This document shows positions 1-12,449 of a DNA stretch of 64,000 nt, piece by piece. The stretch is from the NCBI GenBank assembly GCA_010093815.1, contig ML996568.1; one strand, written 5' to 3'. The notes beneath the pieces were generated by a model, which was not told the DNA's origin, ran no database searches, and worked only from the letters and a program-made list of their open reading frames with translations. Both the position numbers and the translations under genes were made by a program. Every line of letters starts with the position of its first letter. Within the stretch, counting starts at the first letter, position 1. The stretch is from Pseudovirgaria hyperparasitica (Eukaryota).

Positions 1-2874
1 CTTGCTTTTCCGATCAAGATGCCCGGGTGCGTTACTATGCGTGCGAAGCTATGTACAACATTGCGAAAGTTGCTAAAGGAGAGATCTTGGTCTATTTCAA
101 TGAGGTGTTTGATGCTTTATGCAAGGTCTGTAGGTCTGCCAGCCAGTCTGGATCTCGCTAACACCCAGAGAAAGCTTGCCGCAGACTCGGAGCTGTCAGT
201 TAAGAACGGCGCAGAGCTTCTTGACCGTCTGATAAAAGATATCGTCTCTGAATCTGCCGCGTCATACGTTTCCATTCTACAAGATCCGGAAGATGTTGGC
301 GACTCCGAATCTGCCTTGGAAAGAAAATCTCTTTCCATAGAAATGCCCACAGCGTTCTCGCTTTCACGCTTCATCCCTTTACTTCAAGAGCGCATAGTGG
401 TCATAAATCCATTCACGAGAACATTCCTTGTCTCTTGGATCACCTTGTTAGACTCTATTCCAGATTTGGAGCTAGTCTCGTACTTGCCTTCGTTTCTGCA
501 GGGCCTCTTAAAATTCTTGAGTGATCCTAATCAAGATGTGCATACGGCGACCCAGGTAGCCCTTGAAAGATTTCTAGCAGAGATCAAGAAAATAGCGCGT
601 ATCAAAAAAGGAATTGCGGAAAGTAAGAGAAGCCAGGGAGAAGAGGGAATGCGACGATCGAATTCAAGCGCGAAGAGCGACAGGAGTGGGCACAGTCGTC
701 ATAGCTTACGAAGTGACGACGATATTGCCCAAGATGGTCATCTCGTTGATGAGGATGTTGATGATGACAGCCACTCTGTGTCTGGTGAATCAGAAACTGC
801 AACTGCAAACGACGAAAGATCAGGAGATGCGGATGGAGACTGGGTACCAGGTCAGGACGTGCAGGTTGACCACCCAAAGATCATCGATATCATGGCAACT
901 TTCCTGAGAGAATCATCTGGTATGATATGTACCGATCTGCTTCTATCTAATCCGGCTAATATCATATAGACGAAGAAATCCAGCTGACCACGCTACGATG
1001 GATCGACAGTTTCTTCGAGATATGTCCCGAGGACATACTGCCATTTGTACCTCGTCTGCTCTCACAAGTATTACCAGCGATGTCAAGCGATGTCGAACAA
1101 GTTCGTGCAGCTGCACATAGGGTCAACTCTTCGTTGATGGGATACATCATGTCTTTGTCTATCGACGGTCATAAAGTGGACGAAAATGTCATTGCACCAC
1201 TCGCGTTGCAGAGAACGGCCACACTGAACAAGGATTTGGATCGAAGAGAGTCGAATAAGGCACCAGAGAAACGAGGAACAAGTGTCGAGCGCGCGACCAC
1301 GGGCAGAAAAACTCCTGCTGATGGTCAACCACCTAGCCCGCCCCAGGAACCCGCTATACCAGCTCATCCTGTCTCAGATCTTGACTACGAAGCAGCAGTC
1401 AACTCGCTCACACTCCAGTTCTTGAACGAGCACGAAGCAACTCGCGTTGCGGCCTTACAGTGGCTGATTATGTTGCATCGTAAAGCCCCGCGCAAGGTAT
1501 GATCTATCAGCCCAACCGTTACTTGACTAATCTTGGAAGATCCTTGCGATTGATGATGGCACATTTCCAGCACTACTCAAGACTCTGTCAGATCCAGCCG
1601 AAGCTGTGGTCACTCGAGATCTGCAGCTCCTATCTCAGATCTCCAAAAACAGCGACGATTCATATTTTACATCGTTCATGGTGAACTTGTTGAAGCTTTT
1701 CTGTACCGATAGAAGGCTTTTGGAAACACGTGGGAACCTCATCATTCGGCAGCTTTGCGTCAGTTTGAGTCCCGAACGGATATATAGGACGCTGGCCGAC
1801 TGCCTGGAGAAAGACGAAGTAAGATGATACTTCGCATATACCTGGCTGCATCACTGACACCTCCTTTCAGGATGTCGAGTTCGCTAGTATTATGGTGCAA
1901 AATCTGAACAATAATTTGATAACTGCCCCGGAGTTAGCAGATCTGCGGAAGCGACTACGAAATCTAGAGACGAAGGTCTGTCTTCATGTGCGTACTCGTA
2001 TTGAAGGAGTCCTTAACGAGACTATAGGATGGCCATACCTTTTTTGTGGCACTTTTTCGGTCGTGGTGCCACAATGCAGTCGCGACATTCTCACTGTGCC
2101 TCCTTGCACAAGCATATGAACAAGCGTACAATTTGCTTCAGATATTGTCAGTACCTCTGATCTGGTGTACCGTTTGCATACGAGCTGATGATCTACAGTG
2201 GAGAGCTCGAGATGACGGTGAACATGCTCATTCAGATTGACAAGCTAGTTCAGCTACTGGAATCACCAGTATTTACATACTTACGATTGCAGCTTCTGGA
2301 ACCCGAGAAGTACCCATATTTGTACAAATGTCTCTATGGCCTCTTGATGCTGCTGCCGCAGTCATCTGCGTTTGCAGCGTTGAAGAACCGCTTAAATAGC
2401 GTCAGCGCCATAGGCTATTTACACATTGCTCCACGAAGGTAAGTTCCTCCCACTCGTCGTTGCATCTCAAGATCATCCCTAACGCCCAGCAGTCAAGCTG
2501 GCTCATCCGCGTCTTCATTTTCGGACAGGCCGAATCGACTGAAAGCTCGCGAAGATGGTGGCATCAAATGGAGCGAGCTTCTCGAGAAATTCAAGGCCGT
2601 GCAGGAGAGAGCAAGAAGAGCCCAGCGTCTGGCTAGTCTCGAGGAAGATGGACTCTCATCGCCACTTGCCATGGCTACCTTGCAAGATCGAATGAATCCT
2701 CCGGAAGTACCACCCAAAGGGAGTCATCTGAGGCCTGGAAGTGCAGCTGCGGTTGCTAGGCCACCGCAGAACGTGCCTGCATCACAGCCAGCAGTACCAG
2801 CACGGAACAAGCCGAACTTTGGGAACCTTGGGAGGCTTGCTGGAGGAGTGGCCGGTAGGCGGCAGAAAAAGTAG
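1..2874 (+). CDS. VAC14: Vac14, PI(3,5)P2 regulatory scaffold (HEAT repeats); 5'-truncated, about 7 introns in window
   Basis: Spliced translation gives [20 protein letters not shown]...[42 protein letters not shown] and the C-terminal Fig4-binding region [26 protein letters not shown]...[18 protein letters not shown]. Canonical introns join the ORF pieces; stop TAG at 2872-2874. Confidence 0.95.
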
Positions 2875-3029
2875 CAGCTATTGGACACGAGATGTGATGT
2901 TTGGCGATGCATTCGGTGGGGCGTTCGGTGACTCCTGGGACAACGTTATGCGATTAAATAGCTTCGAAGGCGAGACAAGGCCCTGAGCCTTCGATATGCA
3001 ATACAAACGACACTTAATAGTATGTCGAA

Positions 3030-3863
3030 TCATTTCTGCTTCCCGTGTCGAAACCTGACCTGCCCATCCTTGGTGTCTGGCGCAGTAGCATTGGGTATCA
3101 ACTTCACCTTCTCAGCAGCACCTTTACTACCTTCTATAATCCACGACTCGGCCACCTCCTTGACCTCTACCTTTGCCTTCTCTGTCGCCTTGGCCTCTCT
3201 CACCCGTCGAATATATCCAGAATAGATAACGACCTCTGCTGCAGCAACAACCCCACTCCCCGTCATACTCAGCCCCAACCTCGTCGGCGCACTCCAATGC
3301 CTCGCCGCCATCCATATAGCCACACTACACGCGATAATAGATATCAGCACATTCGCAATGAGCGCTAGCTGTCTGTTGACGTCAGCGTATGTCGCCTCAT
3401 CCTCCTCTTCTGCATGGTCGATGGCCGTTGTGTGAAACCGCGCATTCGGCGTGACCGGGTAGCGTTGTGAGAACATCTCTGTTTGAGGTGCAGGATTCAG
3501 CATGCGCTCGTACGCGCGTGCCTCTTCCTGCTTGCGCAGGTGCGCCATCAGAGCTTTGTATTCGGACGTAGGTTCAGGTTTAGGCGGCGGAGGGGGCACG
3601 TAGACTTTTGTGCCGCGGAGGAGGTCTTGGAGACGGAAAGGGATGTAGGCGGCGTGCGATGGATCGGACTCGAGGTCGGAGGCATGCTGCTTCAGGAGCT
3701 TTGAGAGGTCTATGAGTTGGCTGTGCGTGATGGGATTGCCGGTGCTGGGCTCTCGGAGTGGTGGTTCAGAGGGACGCTGGAGTTTGGCGAAGGTTTCTGG
3801 AGTGAGGGCTTCGCATTTCTGAAGGGCTGCTACGATCGCAGGTGTCATTGTAAGGTGTACCAT
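3030..3863 (-). CDS. VMA12: ER V-ATPase assembly factor (Vma12/Vph2, TMEM199 family)
   Basis: Intronless 277 aa. Starts MVHLTMTPAI; has LLRGTKVYVPPPPPKPEPTSEYKALMAHLRKQEEARAYERM and two C-terminal TM helices ending AAEVVIYSGY. Confidence 0.85.
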   Translation of the reverse strand: MVHLTMTPAIVAALQKCEALTPETFAKLQRPSEPPLREPSTGNPITHSQLIDLSKLLKQHASDLESDPSHAAYIPFRLQDLLRGTKVYVPPPPPKPEPTSEYKALMAHLRKQEEARAYERMLNPAPQTEMFSQRYPVTPNARFHTTAIDHAEEEDEATYADVNRQLALIANVLISIIACSVAIWMAARHWSAPTRLGLSMTGSGVVAAAEVVIYSGYIRRVREAKATEKAKVEVKEVAESWIIEGSKGAAEKVKLIPNATAPDTKDGQVRFRHGKQK

Positions 3864-4164
3864 CTTAAAGGTTCGTAGAAATGCCTGGAGCTGGAAGATT
3901 TGAAAGTCAGCTACAGCTTGTAGAGACTAAGGTATGAACAAGAGTCGCGTAAGCCGAGTCGTGAAGCTTGCAAGGAGCACTATCCCTGCTAGCGCCGCTT
4001 CGGCTGGCCAAATCTTTGACGCTCACCCATTATCCATGTACGGAGAGCTTGCTCCTCAACGCAAGCATGTTTCACGCCCGCCACCTTTCGCATATCACCA
4101 ATTGAATTTGAAATGTATAGTCTCACGCCTTGAACCCTCGCTTCGCCTTCCAAAGTTCGAGGGA

Positions 4165-5593
4165 ATGTCTAATACATCATCACGAGCCTCCGCGCTCCTC
4201 CACAAAAGATTCGCCGCCCATCGACCACGGTTATTAGCATGTCCACGATGCTCTGATACCGCGCCATACCTCCCTACGTTGTTAATAGCACCATCAAGTA
4301 ATGCTTCAGTACGGCGGAACCAGTCCGGCTGGGCAGCTGCTGTTGCGGCGGCCCAGAATGTGTACAGCCACGCAACAGCTTCGAATGCAGACAATCCTAT
4401 CGGGATCGATCCATTCAGGACAGTGGCAAAAGAGCTGAAGTTCCTTGCGCAGAATGTGAGAGGTCTTCTAGGGTCAGGGCATCCAATGCTGGACACGGTA
4501 TCGAAGTACTACACACAATCTGAAGGGAAATACGTACGGCCAACACTGGTATTGCTGATGTCGCGTGCTACCGCGCTCACGCCGAAGGCCTCAAGGAACG
4601 TTCTGCAGCAGCAGAGCAAGATCGATCAACCTATCACCTCACCATCCATTCTTTCAGACCGGAATCCAGATGCACCGGGCTATAGGCCGCTTACGGCATC
4701 TGACAGCGACGCGAACTATACGTATGCTAGCGCGGGTACTGATATCCTGCCTTCGCAAAGGAGGCTGGCAGAGATTACTGAGCTGATTCATACGGCGTCA
4801 TTGCTTCATGACGATGTAATTGACCACTCCGAGGCGCGACGAGGAGCTCCCTCGGCAAACATTAAGTTTGGCAACAAGATGGCGGTCCTGGCAGGGGACT
4901 TTCTGCTCGGCAGAGCCTCCGTAGCCTTGGCCAGACTGCGCGATCCTGAGGTCACGGAGCTCCTCGCAACTGTTATTGCCAATTTGGTCGAAGGCGAATT
5001 CATGCAGTTGAAGAATACTGCAAAAGATGAGAAGCATCCGGTCTGGACCGAAGACACGATTACTTACTACCTCCAAAAGACGTACCTCAAGTCTGCGAGC
5101 TTAATCAGCAAATCATGCAGAGCGGCAGCACTGCTAGGGCAGAGCGGTCCAGAAGTTGTCGAAGCAGCATATACGTATGGAAAGAATCTAGGACTTGCTT
5201 TCCAGCTGGTGGATGATATGCTCGACTACACCGTCAGTGGTGCAGAGCTCGGGAAACCAGCTGGAGCAGACCTAGAGCTTGGTCTTGCTACGGCACCGTT
5301 GATTTTCGCGTGGAAAGATAATTACCAGCTCGGAGCGTTGGTTGGTAGGAAATTTGGTAAGAGCGGTGATGTGGAAGCAGTGAGTTAGCCCTAAGTTACA
5401 TCAAACAGTACACTGCTAACGCTCATATTAGGCGAGGTCCCTTGTGGCCCAAAGTAGTGGCCTCGAACAAACCAGAGCTCTTGCACAGGAGTACGTCGAC
5501 AAAGCCATTGAAGCAATAGCACCGTTTCCGGACAGTGAAGCAAAGGCCGGTCTTGTAGAGATGTGTGAAAAGGTCATGAAGAGAAGGAAATAG
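4165..5593 (+). CDS. COQ1: Mitochondrial hexaprenyl/polyprenyl diphosphate synthase
   Basis: GKYVRP, ELIHTASLLHDDVID (first DDxxD), KMAVLAGDFLL, KTYLKSASL and AFQLVDDMLD (second DDxxD). One intron about 5380-5431; last exon ends MKRRK* at 5593. Start placed at the ATG at 4165 (Arg/Ser-rich presequence), which is an inference. Confidence 0.93.
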
Positions 5594-6218
5594 ACGGTAG
5601 CATGTAACCATATTTTTGCATTCTATACTCTGCCCTAGTAGACTTTGTCGTGAATCCCGCTCTGTTAGTGACGAGCTGGAGCCGGAATCAGATGTAGCTG
5701 TAAGTAGGTAGGCTGACTGCATGTATATACACAGAATGAGGATACTTCGGGGAAACACTTAGAACGGTCGGTCCGAGATCGACTATGGAGATAGATAACT
5801 CTTGGCACAAGCATTCAGAATCTCGTCTTGTCCCTTCATTCTCCGCTGTAGCTGCCTATCATCGCCTAGTCTGTGTCCGCGTATCGACGGCCTACGCCCG
5901 GCACATGGCAACGTCTTTCGACGACGATTCAACAAATGACCTTCCCATCTCTGGTTGATAGAGCCAATCATTATATTCTCCACTTTTTAGCATAATTAGT
6001 GATAACGACTCGGGAGCTTGAAACTACATCATCATCATCATCATCATAGCCCCACTGTTACCCGGCCGGAGACCTCCCCGCACTCACTCGAGACGCGTTG
6101 AAGCAGACGACAGGACACTAGACCTCAGATTCAGTGGTTCCATCATCCTGGGAATCTCATGCTCTGATTCTGCTCTTGCCCACACGGAATGGTGACTTAA
6201 GACCATGCTGCTGTCACG

Positions 6219-7413
6219 ATGTATGTCCTTTCACTTCTTCGCGGCCATCTACAATATATGTCCCTCAAACATCAGGAAACAATCAGAAGGCTGACAATGG
6301 ATGGCCTCTAGGATTGACGTATCAAGGCGCCTCCGCCGCGCCATCATTCTGAACGACCTCACGCTCGTCCAACGGATCGTACGAAACAATCCACACGCAC
6401 TACAAAACCCCGACTTCGACGAGAAGAGCAACACAAGCCTACATCTGGCAGCCAAAGAGGGCTTCCTAGAGATCGCAGTGAGTCAACACCCACCTTCTCC
6501 CCAGCCTCTCCACGATCTCTTGAATGACCACGAAGACGGACACTGTCCTAACATATCTCCACCAGCGCTTCCTCATCAAAGCCGGCCACGAAAACGCCGG
6601 CATCTCTCGCAACGCAGACTGGGACACACCACTCATGCTCGCCGCCCAAAACCAGCACGTCTCCGTCGGCGAACTCCTCGTCCGCGCCTTCCCCCGCTGC
6701 GTCCCCTGGACAAACAAAGCCGGCATGGACGCCGTACGTTCTCCTCTCTCTCCCATATACAAACTCCCACCCATCCATCCGCAAAAACCCAAATCACTAA
6801 CAACCCAACCCAACAGCTCATGCTCTCCGCCCGCGCCGGCACAACCGCCCTCCTCCCTACCCTCCTCACCTCACCCAGCCCGTCCTCCGTCCACCTCGCC
6901 GATCGCAGCGGCAACACAGCCCTCCACCACGCCTCCGCCGCCGGCGAACTCAAAGCTGTCCGTCTCCTCCTCCAATTCGGCGCCTCGCCCGTCGCCCAGA
7001 ATGCATTCTCATGGACGCCAATCGCATACAGCGCCACCGCGGCCGCGGAGCAGTATTTCAAGACTCTCGTTGCGGAAATTGAGGCGGCGCAGAAGAAAGA
7101 TCAGTTGCTTGCTGGTGGTGGGACAGGTGGAGGAGGTGGTAATGGGGGTGCTCATCATGGCATGAATCGCCGTCCGGGAGGTGGAGGAGGAGTTAGGTTA
7201 GTGACGAGCGAGGATGTACTTGGACGCGCGGTGGATGACGGGAGTATATTGCCGGCGCCGCCGCGCGTAGAGTGGAGTCCTGTCGAGCAGCGGCGGGCTA
7301 TGACGCCGACGACAGGCAGGAGCGAGTGGATTGGAGCGGCTGGGCAGAGGGTCGTCAATAATATGCAGCAGATGCAGAGCGGGTTGAGGGCAAGGGCGCA
7401 CAGTGGAGATTGA
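6219..7413 (+). CDS. AVO2: Ankyrin-repeat protein, Avo2 (TORC2 subunit)-like
   Basis: Spliced product MIDVSRRLRRAIILNDLTLVQRIVRNNP...SNTSLHLAA...DTPLMLAA...GNTALHHASAAG. Introns 6221-6311, 6478-6565 and 6734-6816. The N-terminus resembles yeast Avo2. Confidence 0.75.
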
Positions 7414-7959
7414 AGAGGAGTTTTGAGAGGCGGCGTGGGAAGGAATGGCTCATGCATTTTGTACAAACAGGCGTTTGGTATGTGTATGAATAGTGGGATT
7501 AGTGGGAACTCACGGCACTCCTTGGAGTTGGCGTCATACTGTTCGTCTTGGATATTCCGCTGATTTTGTATTCGAAGTACGGCAGAGCGTAAATCACGTA
7601 TCTAGAGAGATTTGTCGCGATGTCTTCGCTGTGAAGCGACGTACCAAGGTTCTTTGTTCGTTACATCAGGATTGCCATCGCTAAGCACAATATGTGTATA
7701 GTCAGAGAACCCAATGCAGGGTATTCTAGTGGGACGTCAACATCTCATACGAACCAATTAGTCAACCTCTTACGTTATTTGGCGGTCTGCAACAATCAAA
7801 TACCTCTTGCCAGCATGACATACATCTTCATCTCGAAAAACAGCATCATGAAATGTTTGATCTATTGTTTAGATGCGCCATGCAGTTTTTCCCCTTCGTT
7901 GGTTGGTCGGAGATATGGAATCAACAACAAGTGCTACTATCATACATTACGCGTCTTCT

Positions 7960-9696
7960 TTATAACCCCTCGAATTCGCCCGCCGCGTCATCCTCGTCAA
8001 TGTCTCCATCCTGAATCTCCTTTGCGAGCTCGCGTTCCCTCTCCCGGGCTTCCTGGGCGTTCTTCAGCTCAAGACGGTGCTGGTTCATGGGGTACCGCAT
8101 CGCTTTGACACACTCGTCGTGGAGCGAGAGGCATGCGAGGATGCGGTCATGGAAGGCCTCGCCTGGTTCGCGTGTGGCGTATATGTCACCGGCTTGCTTT
8201 GTCTGCATGTATCCCTTCTCATGGTCGATCGAAGCCTCTATGACACCGTCACGTATGGCTTTGGCGACGATATACTCCGCTGATTCTTCACTGTCGAGGC
8301 CAAGACGGATACAGATATCTCGAAGCGAGATTCTGGAATACGACAGGGAAAGCATCCGGATACCTGTCTTGATCACATTCTGACGGAGTCGAAGGATGAG
8401 GGTATATGTTCCGTCGCGGTGGAACGTAGGCGAGTTCTGCTGAACGATTTTGAGGAAGCCTTGCAAATCTCCCACGCGGACAGCCTGGACGAGGTAGAAG
8501 TATGGCTCGAGCCCGCGCTCTAGGCGAGATTGGCTGAAGAGAGCGCGATCAGGGATGTCGCCCATGAGAAGTTCGACGACCACCAGGAGCTTTGTCGACT
8601 GCTGATAAAAGCCAGTCGCCACGGCACTGTTCGGTGACTTGCGCGTCGCACTGACAAGATGATCGTGTGCTTCGGTGTACGAGAGCTGGATAGCTCGGAT
8701 TCGACCGAGGTAGTAGAGGTATCGTGCGACTTGGTTGTTCGTAGCGGCCTCCGGAAATTGAGTCTGAGCCACCAAGAGATCAGCCTGAGTTATGTCTGCC
8801 GTAGAAAGGTAATTCCGGAGTAGCAGCGTCGTGACTGATGCTTGCGTGTCTGAGTCCTTGCGCAATACTGCGCTTCTGAGAGCAGCAAGCAGCGTGCCGC
8901 GAATACTGATAAGTGGCGATTGCTTGGATGGTGGCTTGGGATCTAAGGCTTCGTAGAAGAGAGAGTAGTAGAAGTAGGCTTTGGCAGCCAGGGAGTCTAG
9001 TGTTCTTCTGTTGAGATCGCGGACGCGGCCGACCAAAGCCTTAGAGAACTCTGCCCCGATCTTGTAGTTCTTGCCGTCATATAGAAGCACCTATATTAGG
9101 ATTAGCGACGCCTTTGGCAAATTATGAATTGTCCTATCAAGGCCAGAGGTGTCATACCTGGGCAAGGATCGCAAGGTATACGTCTATCTCTGGCAGCGGT
9201 TCCTTCTTCTCCTGTTTCGTGCTTCCAGTTGAAGTTGATGATATGCGGCGGGCGATCTGCGTGAGCTCATCGCCATCTAGACCAGTAGCTCGGAGAAGGA
9301 CTTGTGCGGTCCCATTGTTTGGAGGGTAGGTTGAGATGATCGATTCGGCGATGATCTCACCGGACAGACGCTTTCGCAGGGAGGATATTGAGCGAAGAGC
9401 TCTAAGGGTATAGCGGGCATCGAACTGTGCTACGGCCCGCTCCAGAAGTGTGAAGTTGAACTTGATGTCTGCAATACATATGTGAGTAGCGCCCGACAGA
9501 TATAAAAGGTACGTAATGCAGAATCGACGAGGGTGACCGCTTGCAAGACACAGCTCACAAGGGCATGAAAGGCGGATAACCATATTTCGAGCGTATGAGA
9601 TATTGTCGTACCTGATACTGTCTTCTCATGAACGTTCTCTTCCTTGGGCTGGCTCTGGGACTCATCCTTGACAACGCCTTCCATAGAGTCCGTCAT
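7960..9696 (-). CDS. RPN3: 26S proteasome lid subunit Rpn3
   Basis: NRRTLDSLAAKAYFYY, NNQVARYLYYLGRIRAIQLSY, PCI domain IRMLSLSYSRISL and EAFHDRILACLSLHDECVKAMRYP. Introns 9469-9611 and about 9092-9157. Confidence 0.96.
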
Positions 9697-9965
9697 CTTG
9701 GTATGTTGGTAAGTGCGAGGTAGAGTGGAGGGTGGGAAGTGTCGAGTGAGTGTGGAAATGGATAGTTGTTGGTGTCGTAGTCGGAGAGCTGCAGATAGCT
9801 CTACGGACTGTCTACCCAGAGTGAGAGCAAGCACGGTCGGTCTTGTTTAGGTAAGCGTTGAGCTTGTGGAGCATACCTTAGTACGCCATCCATTTGATGT
9901 TTACATGTTGATAAAACAGATATAGAATTGATGCAGCAATCTACCTGCATCGAAGAACTTTCATT

Positions 9966-10869
9966 ATGACGGCTCTGGATAATCATCTTCAGCAGATCTC
10001 TTCCTGTGCAGCCGGTATTAGCGACATTGCGTAAGTCTGATTATGCACGCACTGGAAGGTCTCGCGACTAAGTGTACGCGTCCAGCTTTCCCCCGCCCAA
10101 AATATTCACCAACGCACTCCTCCAAACGCACGACATCACGACCCTTATACGCGATACCGAACTGCACGAGCGTGCACTATTCTCTGTCCCACCTCCACCA
10201 CCCACGCCTAAAGCGCAAGACCCGTCCATAAGCTCGAATCGTAGGAACACGGTTTTCAACATCAATGGCGCGACTACAGTTACAGGGGGTGGCGCAAACG
10301 CCGTGAGAGCGCCCAGGAGAAACACTGCTGTTGCTGCTGTGTTGGGCACAGAGCTGGTGGAGAAGATCAGACGTGGTGGCGGTGGTGGCGTTGGCACTGG
10401 GATGGGATACAGAACATTCGATGCCCGAGACAAACACGACATTGATGTGAACGTACTCTTAGAGGGCGCGGAAAGACTCTGCAGTGTGTAGTAAGTGGAT
10501 CAACATGCGCCCGGTGATGGCGTAAGGTCGAACAACGCTGACATGCACAGTCCCATTGCCGGCGCGCAAGAGAAGATTGCAGCCCTGCGCAAACGACATC
10601 TCGAGTTGATCGTGTCTATCGAAGACTATGAGATCAAAGTCGCCGAACAAAACGAACGGTTGAATCGAATGAACCGTCGCCGTGACTTTGACGATGATGA
10701 TGAGGCAGATCAGCATCCCGAGGCGGAACCAGAATCAATACAGGCACCTCTGACCGATGAAGACTATCATAGAGAAGAAGAGGCAATTAAGGAGCTTGAA
10801 CAAAAGAAGCTTGGACTCGAAGAACGTGTTACTTCGATGGGCAAAGACATTACAGGGGTCCTGCGATGA
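9966..10869 (+). CDS. SPC34: DASH/Dam1 complex subunit Spc34
   Basis: Spliced MTALDNHLQQISSCAAGISDIAFPPPKIFTNALLQTHDITTLIRDTELHERALF...DVNVLLEGAERLCSVYPIAGAQEKI with a C-terminal coiled coil. Introns 10031-10085 and 10491-10550. Confidence 0.88.
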
Positions 10870-11339
10870 GGCTATCAAATGGATGGCAACGGATACGGTT
10901 TCGACAACCCAACCTAGGTACAAAGTAAGTTCCGGGCAAACCTTCCGTGTGATTGAAGCTATTCCCTCAGTCGATAACTGAGACGTCGTCGGTCACAAAG
11001 ACTTCCGATAAGCTTTGTTCTCCAGACAAATACTCTCTATAGTATCTAGAAGGTCAAGACCATAAGTATTTTGGACATGCAGGAGCACCATCCAAGAGAT
11101 GAGCAGTACAGAGGTTCAAGGAAGCCATTCTCATATCGCATGCTTCGCCATGTAGGTTTGCCGGAGGGTTTCAACGACGACATCCACATGATGCATGGTT
11201 CCGAATCGATCAGACAGACAACAAAATGCTAGTAGTTAAGGAATGTCGCCCTTAGCTTGAGTACCATGTTTGTAAAGAGTTAAGGTTTCCGACTGCACTA
11301 ATTCATTATTCACGAACGTCTGCGATCAATCAGGCCATT

Positions 11340-11820
11340 TTGAAAATTATATAATATTTTCGACGATCCTACGGGTTGGACGGCTTAGAAGTCCTTTAGT
11401 CTTGCTTTTCGATGGATGGGCAAAGCTCGAGCACAGGTTTCTTTTAAGAAGTACATAAAAGATCCTAAATTAGCCATAAATACTATTAGGGTATGCTTTA
11501 GAGCATTCGTCGACCTAGAAGAAGAGGGCCTTGTTTATGTAGATACACTATCTAACCCTTGATAGTTCTATTAGTATTGACTATACAGTCCAATTAAATT
11601 CTAAGCTAAGACTGACCCAAAAATTACATACAAAAATAAGATCTAAGAATAAATTCAAAATAGGGATGTATAAGTTAGTAAATCCTAAAACATACCGATA
11701 GCATGTTTTTCGTCCGCGCTGAGCGCCTAGACTGTTAACCATAGCTATAGAAGGCGACCGAGCAAAAGTCGGATTTCTATCCATTATGAAATCTTAGCTT
11801 AGCCCGTCCGATGGACTATG
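11340..11820. mobile_element. AT/TpA-rich degenerate repeat relic, probably a RIP-mutated transposon remnant
   Basis: Abrupt AT rise with many TA/TAA/TAG. Bracketed by weak inverted motifs (TACGGGTTGGACGGCTTAG near 11370; CTTAGCCCGTCCGATGGACTA near 11800). No intact ORF. Confidence 0.4.
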
Positions 11821-12282
11821 AATGAGCGTAATCTACCTCCCGGCGGTGAACTTCTTCATTACTAAGCCAACCACGAAGCCCAACCTTTGGACTGTCTTGG
11901 TGACTCCAGTTCGTGACGGAAGAGCAAAGACTGACTGCGTAATGTGGACAAGTAGCAAGATAGATATGTTGTAACCAGCAAGCGTCGATATGATTCCACG
12001 TTTATAATCAAGTCGTACTTGCCATTCAGTAACATTTGGTATACTTCCCCACCTCTAGTCGACTAAGTTTACGTGAATTTACGCCTGTCTCCTTGCAAAT
12101 ACCGGAAAATTTCGCCAGGGAGGAATGTCTGCATTATCAATATCAGTCTAAATTTAGCAGCGTTAGAGGCATCAGTATTGCCAACAAGGTTGCTCCTAGA
12201 TGGCTCCAACTGAGCTCGAGGAGCCTAAAGACTACTGCGATATTCGCACAAGATATAGTACTGATGGACTGACCTGTACTTA

Positions 12283-12362
12283 CAGTACTAGGACATTAGT
12301 TTGAGAACATTAAAGGCACATTTCAGGCGGCGAAGTCTCCCCGGATCAATGTTCCCTCACTG
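12283..12362. mobile_element. MITE-like element copy 1 (Tc1/mariner-type CAGT...ACTG ends, TA flanks)
   Basis: TA|CAGTACTAGGACATTAGT...GATCAATGTTCCCTCACTG|TA. Imperfect terminal inverted repeats; clearly homologous to 17924-18006. Confidence 0.7.
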
Positions 12363-12449
12363 TACAAATGTTAGATTGTGGGCAGACGACTTGTCGCTAT
12401 TCTAGGAATAATGTTCTACCTTAAACCGCCTAGATAGTCATTGGATGTC

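Noticed and set aside
3934..4164. N-terminal extension of COQ1 from the ATG at 3934
   Set aside because: Would leave only 70 bp to the divergent VMA12 start; more likely promoter/5' UTR. Not excluded without TSS data.
11077..11974. Two ~50-aa + strand ORFs flanking the AT-rich relic
   Set aside because: No motifs or splice support; the length is expected by chance.
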